A DNA stretch of 64,000 nt from Squalus acanthias (Eukaryota): positions 62,498,001 to 62,562,000 of the forward strand of contig CM059438.1 of the NCBI GenBank assembly GCA_030390025.1, written 5' to 3'. The notes under the pieces were generated by a model. That model worked only from the letters and a program-made list of their open reading frames with translations. It did no database searches and had not been told where the DNA came from. Positions 11,208 through 24,299 of the stretch are shown piece by piece (within the stretch, counting starts at the first letter, position 1; each line of letters opens with the position of its first letter). The translations under genes were made by a program, and so were the position numbers.

Positions 11208-11906
11208 GGGGGAAAAATGGAGTCGCGCCCCCTTTAGGGCACTGACTTCGCCGGGGCTGATATTGAGTGGTAGCGCCCCAAGAGGGAAGTGGGGCGCTAC
11301 TGGAAGCACCCCGCCTCCCTCTTGGGGCGCTGCGAGGGAATATCGCGGCGCTACGTGCCGGGGTATTGCAGGCCTTCCTCCCCTTCTTAAAGGGGAGGGG
11401 CCTAGCAGAGCATGACCTGGGGCCCAGCTGGGCCACCGGGGATCGGAGTGCCGGCAAAAGAGCCCGGCACTTTGCTTGAGTCATGGAGCGCAGCCGGCAC
11501 TCCGCGGGGGGGGGGGGGGGGGTCAGGAGGCCGGGGACGGCAGCGGAGGCAGGTGCTGGCAGGCGGCCAGCAACAAAAATGGCCGCCCGGCACCTCGCCT
11601 TTAAATAGTGCCTCCCCGGCCGCAGGTAGGCCCCCCTGACCCCGTCGGACATAATGTCCAGCAGTAAGTCAGGGGGCGCTACCGAAGATTGCAGCCGGGG
11701 CGCGAGCGGGGCGCTGAGCACGGCGATGATGTCATCGCAGGCAGCGCAGGGCCGCTGGGTGCTAACGGTTAGTGCCGCCGCTAACCTCCCGCTGAATTTC
11801 GCGGGAGATGTTGGCGGCGCCCCGCCCGGGCACTAGTTGCTTTGCACCCCGTTAGCGCCCTCTTAAGGCGCAAACGGGAGGCGCAAAGCAACCGAATATT
11901 TCCCCC
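11208..11906. mobile_element. GC/CpG-rich non-autonomous DNA transposon (MITE-like, possibly PIF/Harbinger)
   Basis: Terminal inverted repeats GGGGGAAA...TTTCCCCC; its right end is repeated inverted at about 30815-31000; inserted in a CR1 tail. Confidence 0.65.
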
Positions 11907-12083
11907 TTTGACTCTAAGCGGGGACGTGGAACTAAGCACGACCGCTCCTTCAAAGAGCCAGTACAGGCACGACAGGCCAAATGGCCTCCTTCTGTGCTGT
12001 AAGATTCTATGAATCTATGAATAAATGCACCAAATACTAAGTTTAGGGGCTACATCAACAGGTCTCACAATAGGGCCTCTCGT

Positions 12084-12380
12084 ACACGGTGGCATAGTGG
12101 TTAGCACTGGTGTCTCACAGCGCCAGGGACCCAGGTTCGAATCTGACCTCGGGTGACTGTCTGTGTGGAGTTTGCACATTCTCCCCGTGTTTGCGTGGGT
12201 TTTCTCCGGGTGCTCCGGTTTCCTCCCACAGTCCAAAAATGTGCGGGTTAGGTTGATTTGGCTATGATAAATTGACCCTTAGTGTTCGGGGGGGATTAAA
12301 TATGTGGGGTTATGGGGATAGGACGGGATATGTTAGGGGGAATTAAATACGTGGGGTTATGGGGGTAGGGTGTAATGTGA
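12084..12380 (+). mobile_element. HE1-like V-SINE
   Basis: tRNA head GGTGGCATAGTGGTTAGCAC...GGTTCGAAT, then the V-domain TGTGGAGTTTGCACATTCTCCCCGTG...CTCCGGTTTCCTCCCACA. Confidence 0.82.
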
Positions 12381-14468
12381 GGATTAAAGCAGGGACAGGG
12401 TACTGGATTTGGATGATCAGCCATGATCGTATTGAATGGTGGAGCAGGCTCGACGGGCCGAATGGCCTACTCCTGCTCCTAGATTCTATGTTTTATGTTT
12501 CTATGTAAAGGAGTTTACAAGATGTCTTCCTGCATTCTATAGAGGGCTGAGGGCCAGACCCAGCAATGATTATACACCAAATGCATATTGATGGATATTT
12601 CAAGTAACACGGGTGTCTCACATAATGGCCTCATTAGAAGAATTAGCCGTCAGGGCTGATCCTTGTTAGTATTTTACATTCGGTTCCATATGTATGAAAT
12701 GGTTTGAGGGAATTAACACTGATTAAATAAACAACATAAAAATGAGCTTCTGATTGCTGAGTTGCTCTGAGAGATGGGGAGAGGATTCTAATAGCGAAAG
12801 GCTGATCGGATCAGTGTTTCTTTTCATGATGGCATGCTGGGCTAATAAATTCAACTCAGCTCCCTCGGTGGTGAAGGGCGCTGTGCAAATATAATCAGCG
12901 CTGTGAAATGCCAGCAAAAACAAGGTGTGCTCAATGCCCCAGTGACTCAGAGTTTACCCAGTGATTAGTTGAGCCATACCCACCTGGAGGGTATGAGTTT
13001 CGACCGCCCCCCGCCCCCCGCCCCCCCATTCTGTGTCGAGTTGGTTGATTTCGGGTCAGAGGGACAGCCTACTAATTCGCCACTGTTGAGGCTTGCATGT
13101 GACTAATAGCCACCGTGGTGAGGAAGTAAAGGGGGACCTGAGTCCGTGGAAGTGTCCCCCCAGCGAGGACTGCCTTCAAGAAAGGAGGGGAGGGGGACCA
13201 CGGTGTGTTACGCTCCCTAATAGTTCAGTCGGTTGCGAGGCAACCAGGCCATGATTCCGAAATTTAATTTAAGAAAGACTTGCATTTATATAGCACCATC
13301 GCCACCTCAGGGTGTCCAACAGCACTTTACAGCCAATGAAGTACTTTTGAATTCTAGTCACTGTTATAATGTAGGGAAACGTGACAGCCAATTTGCGCAC
13401 AGCAAGCTCCCAAAAACAGCAATGAAATAAATGACCAGATCATAGGGATGCTGGTTCACAGATAAATATTGGCCAGAGAATTCCCTGGCTCTTCTTCGAA
13501 TATTGCCATGGGATTTTTTTACATCCACGTAAAAGGGCAGACAGGGCCTCGGTTTCACGTCTCATCCGAAAGATGGCACTTCTGACAGTGCAGCACTCCC
13601 TCAGTACGGCACTGATATGTTAGCTTGGATTACATGCTGTGAAGTGGGACTATGAACCCACAACCTTCTCAACTCAAAGACTAGAGCGCGACCAACTGAG
13701 CCACAACTGACACCATATTTGTGAATACACATTCCAGGGTATTGCCAATTGCACAGGGGTGACAGGAACAGGACTACTGGATCAGTGCAGCCCTCCCTGC
13801 AAGATACAAGTCCCACACTATCTCCCAGTTTTACAATAGCTTTCCATGGCACTGATACCAGTCCTGACTACAGAATTAAATAAGATCCAGAAGAGGATCC
13901 GCTGATAATAATTTAGAATCATAGAAATTAACGGCACCGAAGGAGGCCATTTGGCCCATCATGTCTGTGCCGGCTGAAAAAGAGCTATCCAGCCTCATCC
14001 CACTTTCCAGCTCTTGGTCCGTAGCCCTGTAGGTTACGGCACTTCAAGTGTATATCCAAGTAGATGTCGATAATCACCCAGTCATGTCTTCAGTAAGTCC
14101 CAAAAACTTTTTTCCCCAGTTGTTTTCCTCTCCTCTCACATTCATTCTTAATGAATAGGTTTTCAGGTCAGTTTTATATTACAGTTAGGGTCCTAGGAAT
14201 TCAGAGAGGGGCTGTGGTACCAGGATGGAACAGACAAGCCCTCTTTTATTTGCCTCTACTCCATGTTGGCACTGTCCGCCCCCCATCCTGGAACTTTATC
14301 TCCCTCGATAGACGGATTTTTGAACGATAAGGGAGTCAAGGGTTATGGGGAGCGGGCAGGAAAGTGGAGTTGAGGCCAAGATCAGATCAGCCATGATCTT
14401 ATTGAATGGCGGAGCAGGCTCGAGGGGCCAACTGACCTACTCCTGCTCCTACGTCTTATGTCCTTCTG

Positions 14469-15764
14469 TCCCCATGCTATCACTGTGCCCCTCTCCCCGT
14501 GCTATCACTGTGCCCCTCTCCCCGTGCTATCACTGTGTCTCTCTCCCCGTGCTATCACTGTGCCCCTCACCCCGTGCTATCACTGTATCCCTCTCCCCGT
14601 GCTATCACTGTATCCCTCTCCCCGTGCTATCACTGTGTCCCTCTCCCCGTGCTATCAGTGTGCCCCTCTCCCCGTGCTATCAGTGTGCCCCTCTCCCCGT
14701 GCTATCACTGTGTCCCTCTCCCCGTGATATCACCGTGCCCCTCTCCCCGTGCTATCACTATGTCTCTCTCCCCGTGCTATCACTGTGTCCCTCTCCCCGT
14801 GCTATCACCGTGCCCCTCTCCCCGTGCTATCACTGTGTCCCTCTCCCCGTGCTATCACTGTGACCCTCTCCCCGTGCTATCACTGTGCCCCTCTCCCCGT
14901 GCTATCACTGTGTCTCTCTCCCCGTGCTATCACTGTGTCCCTCTCCCCGTGCTATCACTGTGTCCCTCTCCCCGTGCTATCACTGTATCCCTCTCCCCGT
15001 GCTATCACTGTGTCCCTCTCCCCGTGCTATCACTGTGTCCCTCTCCCCGTGCTATCACTGTATCCCTCTCCCCGTGCTATCACTGTGTCCCTCTCCCCGT
15101 GCTATCACTGTGTCCCTCTCCCCGTGCTATCAGTGTGCCCCTCTCCCCGTGCTATCACTGTGTCCCTCTCCCCGTGCTATCACTGTGTCCCTCTCCCCGT
15201 GCTATCACCGTGCCCCTCTCCCCGTGCTATCACTGTGTCCCTCTCCCCGTGCTATCACTGTGTCCCTCTCCCCGTGCTATCACTGTGTCCCTCTCCCCGT
15301 GCCATCACTGTATCCCTCTCCCCGTGCTATCAGTGTGCCCTCTCCCCGTGCTATCAGTGTGTCCCTCTCCCCGTGCTATCACTGTGCCCCTCTCCCCGTG
15401 CTATCACTGTGCCCCTCTCCCCGTGCTATCAGTGTGCCCCTCTCCCCGTGCTATCACTGTGTCCCTCTCCCCGTGCTATCAGTGTGTCCCTCTCCCCGTG
15501 CCATCACTGTGCCCCTCTCCCCGTGCCATCAGTGTGTCCCTCTCCCCGTGCTATCAGTGTGCCCCTCTCCCCGTGCTATCACTGTGCCCCTCTCCCCGTG
15601 CTATCACTGTGCCCCTCTCCCCGTGCTATCAGTGTGCCCCTCTCCCCGTGCTATCACTGTGCCCCTCTCCCCGTGCTATCAGTGTGACCCTCTCCCCGTG
15701 CTATCACTGTGCCCCTCTCCCCGTGCTATCACTGTGCCCCTCTCCCCGTGCTATCACTGTGTCC
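14469..15764. repeat. 25-bp minisatellite, about 52 copies
   Basis: Unit CTCTCCCCGTGCTATCACTGTG(T/C)CC; one 1-bp deletion near 15340. Confidence 0.97.
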
Positions 15765-16912
15765 TTTAAGAGGCAGGAAGGGACTGACTCCGGGAGCCAG
15801 TAATGGTCAGTTGACCAGCGTACCCTGCTGCTTCTGACTCCCCAGAAGTGAGCATAAGTTCATTATCAAAACTTTAAAGTGGGTGCCCGTGTAGAACCTG
15901 CACTACCTCCAGGAGAGAGTGGGAGAAAATAGAAGAGGATAAAAAGACTGTAGCCGGGAATTATATCTGGAGAGGGAGCCCGCATCCCAGCTGGAATAAC
16001 TGCCTTCAGGAGAGGAGAGAGGAAAACTGCCTCCCGAGTTATTATTACAATCCACCCCCCCCCCCCACCTCCCCCCCCAGCCCTAAAAAAAGGAGGCTGG
16101 CATTCCAGCTTGGCTCAAAGCCCAGGAATGCGCTCAGCTTCCATTAACCATTATATGTCAACAGACACGACACTGACACGAGGCCCCCGGAAATCTCCTC
16201 GTTCCTGGTGTTGCTGGGGAGTGGCCATTCACCGGTACCAACCCAAGTACCGGCTCCTGGCAATTCGAATGTGCGAACCAACCAGCACGCCCTCCCTCTA
16301 TCTCCCTCCATCGCCATGACGCAACAGAGTCCTCAGAGTACCTGAAGAAATCAATCAGATTAGCCACTTCCTGTCTGCCCTGAGGCAGGCTAAACATCCC
16401 CGCGGTATAACAATGCCCCATTACTGATGCACCGAGATCTCTCCACAACCCACTTGTAACAGGTACATACTCTCGCACCCTGTCTAGTCATCCTGCCACA
16501 AGCTATGCCTCGTTGGCCAACGGTCTCATCTCTTGTTTGGTCAAAAGGACTGTTTCCATTTCTTTATTTGACTATGATTTATTTCTCTCCCATCACCAAC
16601 CCCCCCCCCCACCTCTCCTAAAGAAGCTAACTGATACTGGTGTACAGTCCCAGAGCTACTGGGCAGCCCCTGATCGCTCCATTCTTCTTCACGTGTAAGC
16701 CTAAACACTGAGTGGTCATGGGATGTTCCAGCACAGAAACAAGCCACCTGCCTCGGGTTGCCAACTCGGGTTGGATGTATACCAGGAGGTTTCATCACAT
16801 GACCTCCAACCGCTCCGCCCAATCAAACAGCCTTTATCCCCCATCGCCGATATTTTTATAACTAATAAACTCGATCAAAGAAAATTAAAATGCCCTGGAC
16901 CTGACGGCCTGG

Positions 16913-17228
16913 CTGGAGAGTCTAGAACTAGGGGGCATAGTCTCAGGATAAGGGGTCGGCCATTTAAGACTGAGATGAGGAGGAATTTCTTCACTGAGAG
17001 GGTTGTGAATCTTTGGAATTCTCTGCCCCAGAGGGCTGTGAATGCTGAGTCTTTGAGTATATTCAAGGCTGAGATAGGTAGATTTTTGGGCTCGAGGGGA
17101 ATCAAGGGATATGGAGATCGGGCGGGAAAGCGGAATTGAGGTCGATGATCAGCCATGATCTTATTGGATGGCGGAGCAGGCTCGAGGGGCCGTAAGGCCG
17201 ACTCCTGCTCTTATTTCTTATGTTCTTA
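16913..17228 (+). mobile_element. CR1 LINE 3' end
   Basis: [37 protein letters not shown] plus 3' tail. Confidence 0.85.
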
Positions 17229-18132
17229 AAATAAAACACTCAATTTTTTAAATGCCCGAATGATTTTTCTCCTGGGGTACTGTCCCAGAGATCAACCTCT
17301 GATTCCTGGGTGGATTCTCCGCTCAGGTCTGAGTTAAAATTACAGTCGGGTCTCAATGATGTCATTGGGCCGCAACATGCAGAGATGTAAAGAAGGACCC
17401 TGATGAAAAGGTCATCGACCTGAAATGTTAACTCTGTTTCTCTCTCCACAGATGCTGCCTGACCTGTTGAGCATTTCCAGCATTTTCTGTTTTTATTTCA
17501 GATTTCCAGCATCCGCAGTATTTTGCTTTTGTAAAGAAGGACTCCGTTGGCTCCGGGTGCGTGTCCTTGCTGCCTGCTCAGGAGGACAGGTTAAAATTGC
17601 AGATGTTGTGATCATGGCGGCTTTCGGACAGGTGAGAGCCGGGGCGATTTTAACTGCCCACCCACCAGGTTTCTGCTGAGCGAGTAGGGTTAAAATTGCC
17701 CCCCCCCCCCGAAACTCCAGGACAATCCCGGTGGGTTAGCAATGCTACACTTGGCCCATCAAGGCTCCATAGAGCTTCCTAGTCTAATCCTGCTCACGCT
17801 CCGCACTCTTCAATATTCCTCTCTTTTCAAACTACTCTCGACATCCTTTCTGAAAATACTTAAATTCTGCTTGTGGCTGACAATTCCAAATTCTAACCTC
17901 CCCTTTAATTCTTTTTGTGTAATATTAAACTTGTGCCCTCTCATATTTGTTGCGGAGAACACAGCCAAGCTAAACCCCGTGTTCACCTGACACCCATTCA
18001 AACATACTTTACAGTGGTGGGCTACTGCTTTGCAATCAATACTGGGAGCCCCGTCTGATTTTTTAAAATCCGCTCCCTAACCCAGGATCACTGCATCATC
18101 TGAGATCAGCTAATCAGACAGGGGATTGAATT

Positions 18133-18610
18133 TGGGACCCTGCTGGTTTGAATGGCTCAGTAGTGGCCGATGCAGTTAGCCATTGAGACAGGTGTCAGCC
18201 ATGGCTCAGTGGGTAGCACTCTCACCTTCCGGGTCAGAAGGTTGCGGGTTCAAGTCCCACTCCAGAGTCTCAAGCACATAATCTAGGCTGACTCTCCAGT
18301 GCAGTGCTGAGGGAGTGCTGCATTGTCGGAGGTGCCGTCTTCCGGATGAGACGTTAAGCCGAGGCCCTGTCTGCTCTCTCAGGTGGATGTAAAAGATCCC
18401 ATGGCACTATTTGACGGAGAGCAGGGGAGCTCTCACTGGTGTCCTCCTCAACCAACATCACTAAAAAAAACAATTATCTGGTCAAGCTGTTTGTGGGAGC
18501 TTGCTGTGCACAAATTGACTGCCATGTTTCCTACATTAAAACAGTGACTACACTTCAAAAGTAGTTAATTGAAGCATGTTGTGACAACTATATAAATGCA
18601 AGTCTTTCTT
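18133..18610 (+). mobile_element. tRNA-derived Deu-type SINE (SacSINE1-like), full length
   Basis: Same structure as 7221-7627. Confidence 0.8.
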
Positions 18611-18784
18611 TTATTTTTCTTTAGGTAATGAAATCCAATTGGAGCTTAACTATTTGCAGCAGTGAATTCACTTCTTGTTTTGCCTCCAGACTCGTGTTCT
18701 TAATAAATATTTTGAAGCTTTTGGATCTCCTGATGGTTGAGTGTGAGACTGAGCCATACAGACCAGGAAGGAACCAGGTTCACC

Positions 18785-19318
18785 TTTGGACTCGACTATT
18801 CCAATGCTCTCCTGGCCAGCCTCCCACCTCGCACCCTCCGCAGACTAGAGCTCGTCCAGATCTCTGCTGCCCGTATCCTAACTCGTACCAAGTCCCATTC
18901 ACCCATCACCCCTCGTTGCTCGCTGACCTACACCGGCTCCTGGTACGGCAATGCCTCAATTTTAAAATTCTCATCCTCGTGTTCAACTGCTTCCGTGGCC
19001 TCGCCCCTCCCCTATCTCTGTAACCTCCTCCAGCCCGACAGGAATCACTGCTCTCTGCGCATCACCCATTTCCTTCACTCCTCCATTGGTGGCCGTGCCT
19101 TCAGCTGCCGAGGCCCTCAGCTCTGGAACTCCCTCCCTAAACCTCTCCGCCTCTCATTCCTCCTTTAAGATGCTCCTTAAAACCTACCTCTTTGACCAAG
19201 TTTCCTATCCTAATAGCTCCTTATCTCGGTGTCAAGTTTTGTTTGATAACGCTCCTGTGAAGCGTCTTGGGATGTTGTACTATGTTAAAGGTGCTATATA
19301 AATGCAAGTTGTTGTTGT
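18785..19318 (+). mobile_element. L2 LINE 3' fragment
   Basis: LDYSNALLASLP...[14 protein letters not shown]...LAPP.L...LWNSLP with an ATAAATGCAAGTTGTTGTT tail. Confidence 0.8.
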
Positions 19319-19442
19319 GCAATCCAGGTCTCATTCAGGGCGATGAGTAAGGAGCTGCAATTGGCTTCAGCGCCTTGGGTGATAAAGAGGAAGCTGGGCT
19401 AGGGATCCCTGTTCCTTATCAATATTTGGCAATGCCTGCTGG

Positions 19443-19447
<5 letters not shown>

Positions 19448-19479
<32 letters not shown>
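19448..19479. repeat. (TG)n microsatellite
   Basis: About 16 TG units. Confidence 0.9.
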
Positions 19480-19481
<2 letters not shown>

Positions 19482-21535
19482 GATGTCGGGTGAGGGCAGT
19501 ATCAGGCTACGGTGTGATTCCCCCTGCAGTCAAATAGCATGTTCACACTCACTGTCAAAGCTAACACATGAATAATGCCCATTTGGGCAAGGTACCAGAG
19601 GGCACCCATTGCCCATGGGACTGCAGAGCTTCAGGAGAAGAGGGGAGGGGAGAATAAAGATTACAACTGACCTCACGCCCTGAGCTACAGAGGAAGAGAA
19701 AAAAACGGATTTCCCGCTCTTGCTCCCTACTCAGTGACCCGTGCTGGCAAGCGCACATGTGCGGACTTCGGGTGAGAGCAAAATCGGTCCTGACTGTGAT
19801 GCCTCCCATAGTCAAATAGGCCACCAGCTCTCACTGTCCCGCCTCACATAAAGAAAATGGCTGTGATGAGATGGTTCTTTTTTATAAAAAAAAAGTAAAA
19901 GCACGGAGCTGGATTCCCTCGCTTGTAGCGATAAGATCACAGATCACAGATCTTCCCACTAACTTTCCTTAAGAGCAGGGCCATCTGGTACAATAAAGAG
20001 CTGCATACAGAGATCGTGGGTCTGAGTTTGAGCGCATTGTCCTGAGATCACTCATCTCAATAAAGTGCCCAGAGGTAATTGAAACAGTCTCTTAATCTGG
20101 TTCAATTAACCCCAAATTCTGGTTCTTCACTGGAGCTTTTGTTGCCCTTGGAGTCCCTTCCCTACACTCACTGCAAACGGCTTTGCATAAGGAGGCCCTG
20201 GGGCCAAATCTAGCAGTACCAGCCCTGCCAAGTCTTGTGCTTGTTCTCAACTTGTTTCTTTCCTGAATTGTGGCAATAGTTTTAATGCTGTAGCTGCAGG
20301 TGACATTGGTGAGTTCAGATCAGTCTCAGTCATAGGATCTGATGGGATTTGTGGGAGTTTATTTAAGTTCGCGAAACAGGCAGAACAACCTAACAGAAGC
20401 AAAATACTGAGGATACTGGAAATCAGAAATAAAACCAGAAAATGCTGGAAAGGCTCAGGCAGCATCTGTGGAGAGAGACAGAGTTAGCCTTTCAGGTCGA
20501 TGACCTTTCCATCAGAACAACCTGTTTGGAACCAGGAATTGGGATGACCACACTTTAGCTGAGCACGCTTCTGTGAAGCAGCCTTGGGACATTTTTCTAG
20601 TAAAGGACGCTATATAAATGCAAGTTGTTGTTGTTGTAGATGCCTTTACATGGCTGCTTGCTTCGCTTGGATTGTGGGAGGGCAGCGACCATGTGCGAGC
20701 TGCCATCGTTTACAGTGTCACAGTGGGTCCCTTATCCCGACAATGGAATCAGAGACCAATGAATATACGGGGTGACCATTCTGCCACTGAAATAATGGAG
20801 CATGTTTTACCAACAGAAACAGGGGGACCCAGTGTACAAACACCACTCTCCCTTGACCCGAACTAAACAAGTGCTCATCAAAAAGCACCTTACGAGACTG
20901 AAAGAAAGAAAAAACTTGCATTTATTCAGAGCTTTTCACGACCTCAGGATGTCCCAAAGCACTTTACAATCAATCAAGTACTTTTGAAGTGTAGTCACTG
21001 TTAATAATGTAGGAAACGCGGCAGCCAAATTGTGCACAGCAAGGTCCCACAAACAGCAATGAGATAATGACCAGATCATTTGTTTCAGTGATGTCGGTTG
21101 AGGGATAACTGTTGGCCAGGACACTGGGGAGAACTGGTCCTTTAAAGTAATTTTATATTAAAAGTTGGGGTCCTGGAGACTCAGGAGCTGCTTGCTCGTT
21201 AACCTGCAGCTGATGTGAAGTCAAACCGTGTGAGCTTACCTCAGTAAGAGATGGTCTCACATCACTTGCCAAGACTGCATGGATGTGCAAACTGCAGCAT
21301 AACTGGCCCACAAGCTAGACTAGAATGACTGTTTCCTTCTCCTGAAGACTCCTTGCTGTGGTACGGCTTCACTGGCGCTGGTCACCCTCCTGTATCGCAC
21401 CCACGTGGTGAGATTCATGCGTGAGGTTTGACCGTGAGTGCTGGTAAACGCATGTCCGTTCCCCACCCCCCCAACCCCGAGGTGAGCCTCATCCTGTTGC
21501 ACTTGATGTCTGTATGTGCGTCCTACCTAAAGGGG

Positions 21536-21734
21536 GAAGTCGCACAACACCAGGTTATAGTCCAACAGCTTTATTTGAAATCACAAGCTTTCGGAGCGCT
21601 GCTCCTTCGTCAGGTGAAGGAGCAGCGCTCCGAAAGCTTGTGATTTCAAATAAACCTGTTGGACTATAACCTGCTGTTGTGCGACTTCTCACATTTGTCC
21701 ACCCCAGTCCAACACCGGCATCTCCACATCATGG
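21536..21734. mobile_element. Fold-back Penelope-like terminal-repeat insertion
   Basis: 73-bp inverted arms 21536-21608 / 21616-21688; TSD CTACCTAAAGGGG at 21523-21535 and 21735-21747. Confidence 0.85.
21581..21617 (-). ncRNA. Minimal type I hammerhead ribozyme motif, family 1
   Basis: ucac-CUGACGA-a-ggagc(agc)gcucc-GAAA-gc-UU-guga. Confidence 0.75.
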
Positions 21735-24299
21735 CTACCTAAAGGGGTCACTGGATAGTGATGGGGAGAGGGAACACTGGCTGAGTTGCCCCTCCCTAAC
21801 GTAGGAGCACTGAAGTCAACAATAGTGTCCCCACCTCTGTCCTGGATGAGACCGTTTGACTCACCACAGACTGAGGATTGGACGCGGGACCCCCCTGGTC
21901 CGTAGGACACAACTTCTCAGCATAGACTCACTGAGCCTTTAGGATAACCTAAAATACCTCTAAATGGCACCAATTGGATATGTCACTTTATTGCATAACT
22001 TTACCGAGATTCCAGCAAAATCTGGGTGTAATTGGCCAAACCAGCGTAACAGACCGTGGAAATTTAAACATGGGTGAGTTGCACCCAAAAGCACTTACAC
22101 TCGTGTTTCCCGCAGTATTTTAAGCTGGTTCGAGAATCTATTCGCCCGGATCAGGCCCCGCCCACAAACCTGGCCCCGCCTCCAGGTCAAAATTGCGAGA
22201 TTCCACCGATTGCCCTGGTTAGGGAAGGCGCTTCAAATTGCGCTCAGTTTCTTAGGCGCACAGGCACTAGTCGGCACGTTTTAAAAGTTTTTGCATATCA
22301 AAAAATATTTAATTTACTAAGAAACTGACTAGTGTTCACCATTGAAACTATCAAATGGTTCAGTATCGGTTTTTAATGTCATTTTCAGTGATTTTAAATC
22401 GGGTTACTCACAGGCGGAGGGCTGGACATGTTGATTAAAAATGCTTATTTTTGTTGATAAACCCATTTTCAGCTGTGTTAATAAAACTGTGCCAGGTACC
22501 ACTCTTAAATCCATCAGGGAATGGTCTTTAATGGAAAGTAAAAGAGTAACGATTACGTTCTATTACACTGCCCGATTGCGCTGGTTCATGGAAGATTTAA
22601 CGTTTGTGATTATGCAAATTTCCTGATTGAGGCCAAGTGGTAACTCTAACCCCATAGGTTTATGTTTCGGACTGTGTTAAGAACTTGCATTTATATAGCG
22701 CCTTTCACAACCTCAGGATGTCCCAAAGTGCTTCAACAACAACTTGCATTTATATAGCGCATTTAACGTAGTAAAACGTCCCAAGGCCCTTCACAAGAGC
22801 GTTACCAGATAAAATTTGACACGAACCACATAAGGAGATATTAGGACAGATGACCACAAACATAGTCATAGACAATTAAATACTTTTGGAGCGCAGTCAC
22901 TGTTGTAATGTCGGCAATCACTGCAGCCAATTTGTCCCACAAACAGCAGTGAGATAATGACCAGATAATCTGTTTTAGTAATGTTGGTTGAGGGATAAAT
23001 ATTGGCCAGGACTCCCTTGCTCCTCTTCTAAATATTGCCATAGGATCTTTTCTGTCCACCTGAGAGGGCAGAGGGAACCTTGGTGTAATGTTTCAGAAGT
23101 CATATATATCTATCTCAATAAATGAATATACTTCAAATTTACAGATTTCCAATTCTACCTGAAGACAAAAAAAATCCCTCAAAACCTCAAAGTGAAAAAG
23201 TGAAACTCAGTTTCTGAGACAGGAGGCCAGTAAATAGGAGATAACAGTGTTGACCAAGCCCTCCAGACTTGGTGGGGGGAGGGAAAGAGGAGAAATCTCA
23301 AGTTTGAAGTTGGTCAATGAGTGAAGTTTAGGATCAGAAAGAGTGAGACGGATTACCAACCGATTTAAATAAGCGGCGCTGTGTTTATTATCTGGGTGCC
23401 TCTCCCTCCCAATAACTGAGAAATTGATTTTTGTTTTAAACTTTTAGAGCAAAAAATAAAATCAGCGCCAAGAAACCAAAGTCTAGGCTGGAGGGCGGAT
23501 TTTATTTTTGTAACAGGCGATGTTTTCGAAAATGCTTGGGGACACTTTGTGCATCGACGTCGCAAACCGGTTTTGAAGTCTTTTTAAAACAAGTTGTTTT
23601 GTGGAGGCTGGTCTGAGACTCTGCAATGGGGGGTGAAGTTCTCCTCGGAAGTGAAGCACCGGGAGTCCCCATTCTCTTTTCGGCCACAAGTGCCGCGGAT
23701 TAAGGCCGCCTCTGAGAGCCGCCAGCGCGCACAATGGCCAGGCGGCGCCTTTCATTTATTGTCCTTCCCCAACGGCAGGTTTCTCCCCCACTGTTCCCGC
23801 TGACAGGCTGCCAATAAATAAATCAACCCGTCCCCCCTCTCACCATAATACCATTATCTATTTACTGCTTCTAAAAAAAGAGAGCTTTGGCCCTTGTGTG
23901 AGGTGCAAGGAGAGAGATCCGATAAATGGGAAACTTGGGGATTTTAAGGCATGGATCTCGGAATATAATAGCAAGGACTGTCCATATAAAAGGCCCCCCT
24001 CTTCAAAAAGGAATACATTGCTTTACTTAAGTCCCAAAGGGTGTTACATAGCTGAGCATGTGTGAGATGCTGATTTGCTAAAACTTCCCAAAAGCAATCA
24101 GCAATTTACAACAATGTGATCTGAAGGTGATGGATCTTTTCCCTCTCCTTCCTGCAGTTCTCCTTCACAACGATCCTGTTGGTGTGTTTTTGATTTGCCC
24201 AGAAGAAGTTTACAACGTCGCTGTTAATGGGGGTTGAACGACTTCTTGCTTCGAAGCAGCAGCTGTCAATCACCAGGCAAGGCCGGGGTGACCAAGCCC

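Noticed and set aside
10777..11721. 314-aa GC-rich minus-strand ORF
   Set aside because: Spans antisense CR1 and a GC-rich MITE; no recognisable domain.
14345..15803. Long Cys/Pro-rich ORFs (434, 312 and 294 aa)
   Set aside because: Translations of the stop-free 25-bp minisatellite in all three frames; no splice or domain evidence.
17641..17702. 62-bp element with 14-bp inverted ends (GGGGCGATTTTAAC)
   Set aside because: Probably an internally deleted MITE (similar end at about 56023); too short to classify.
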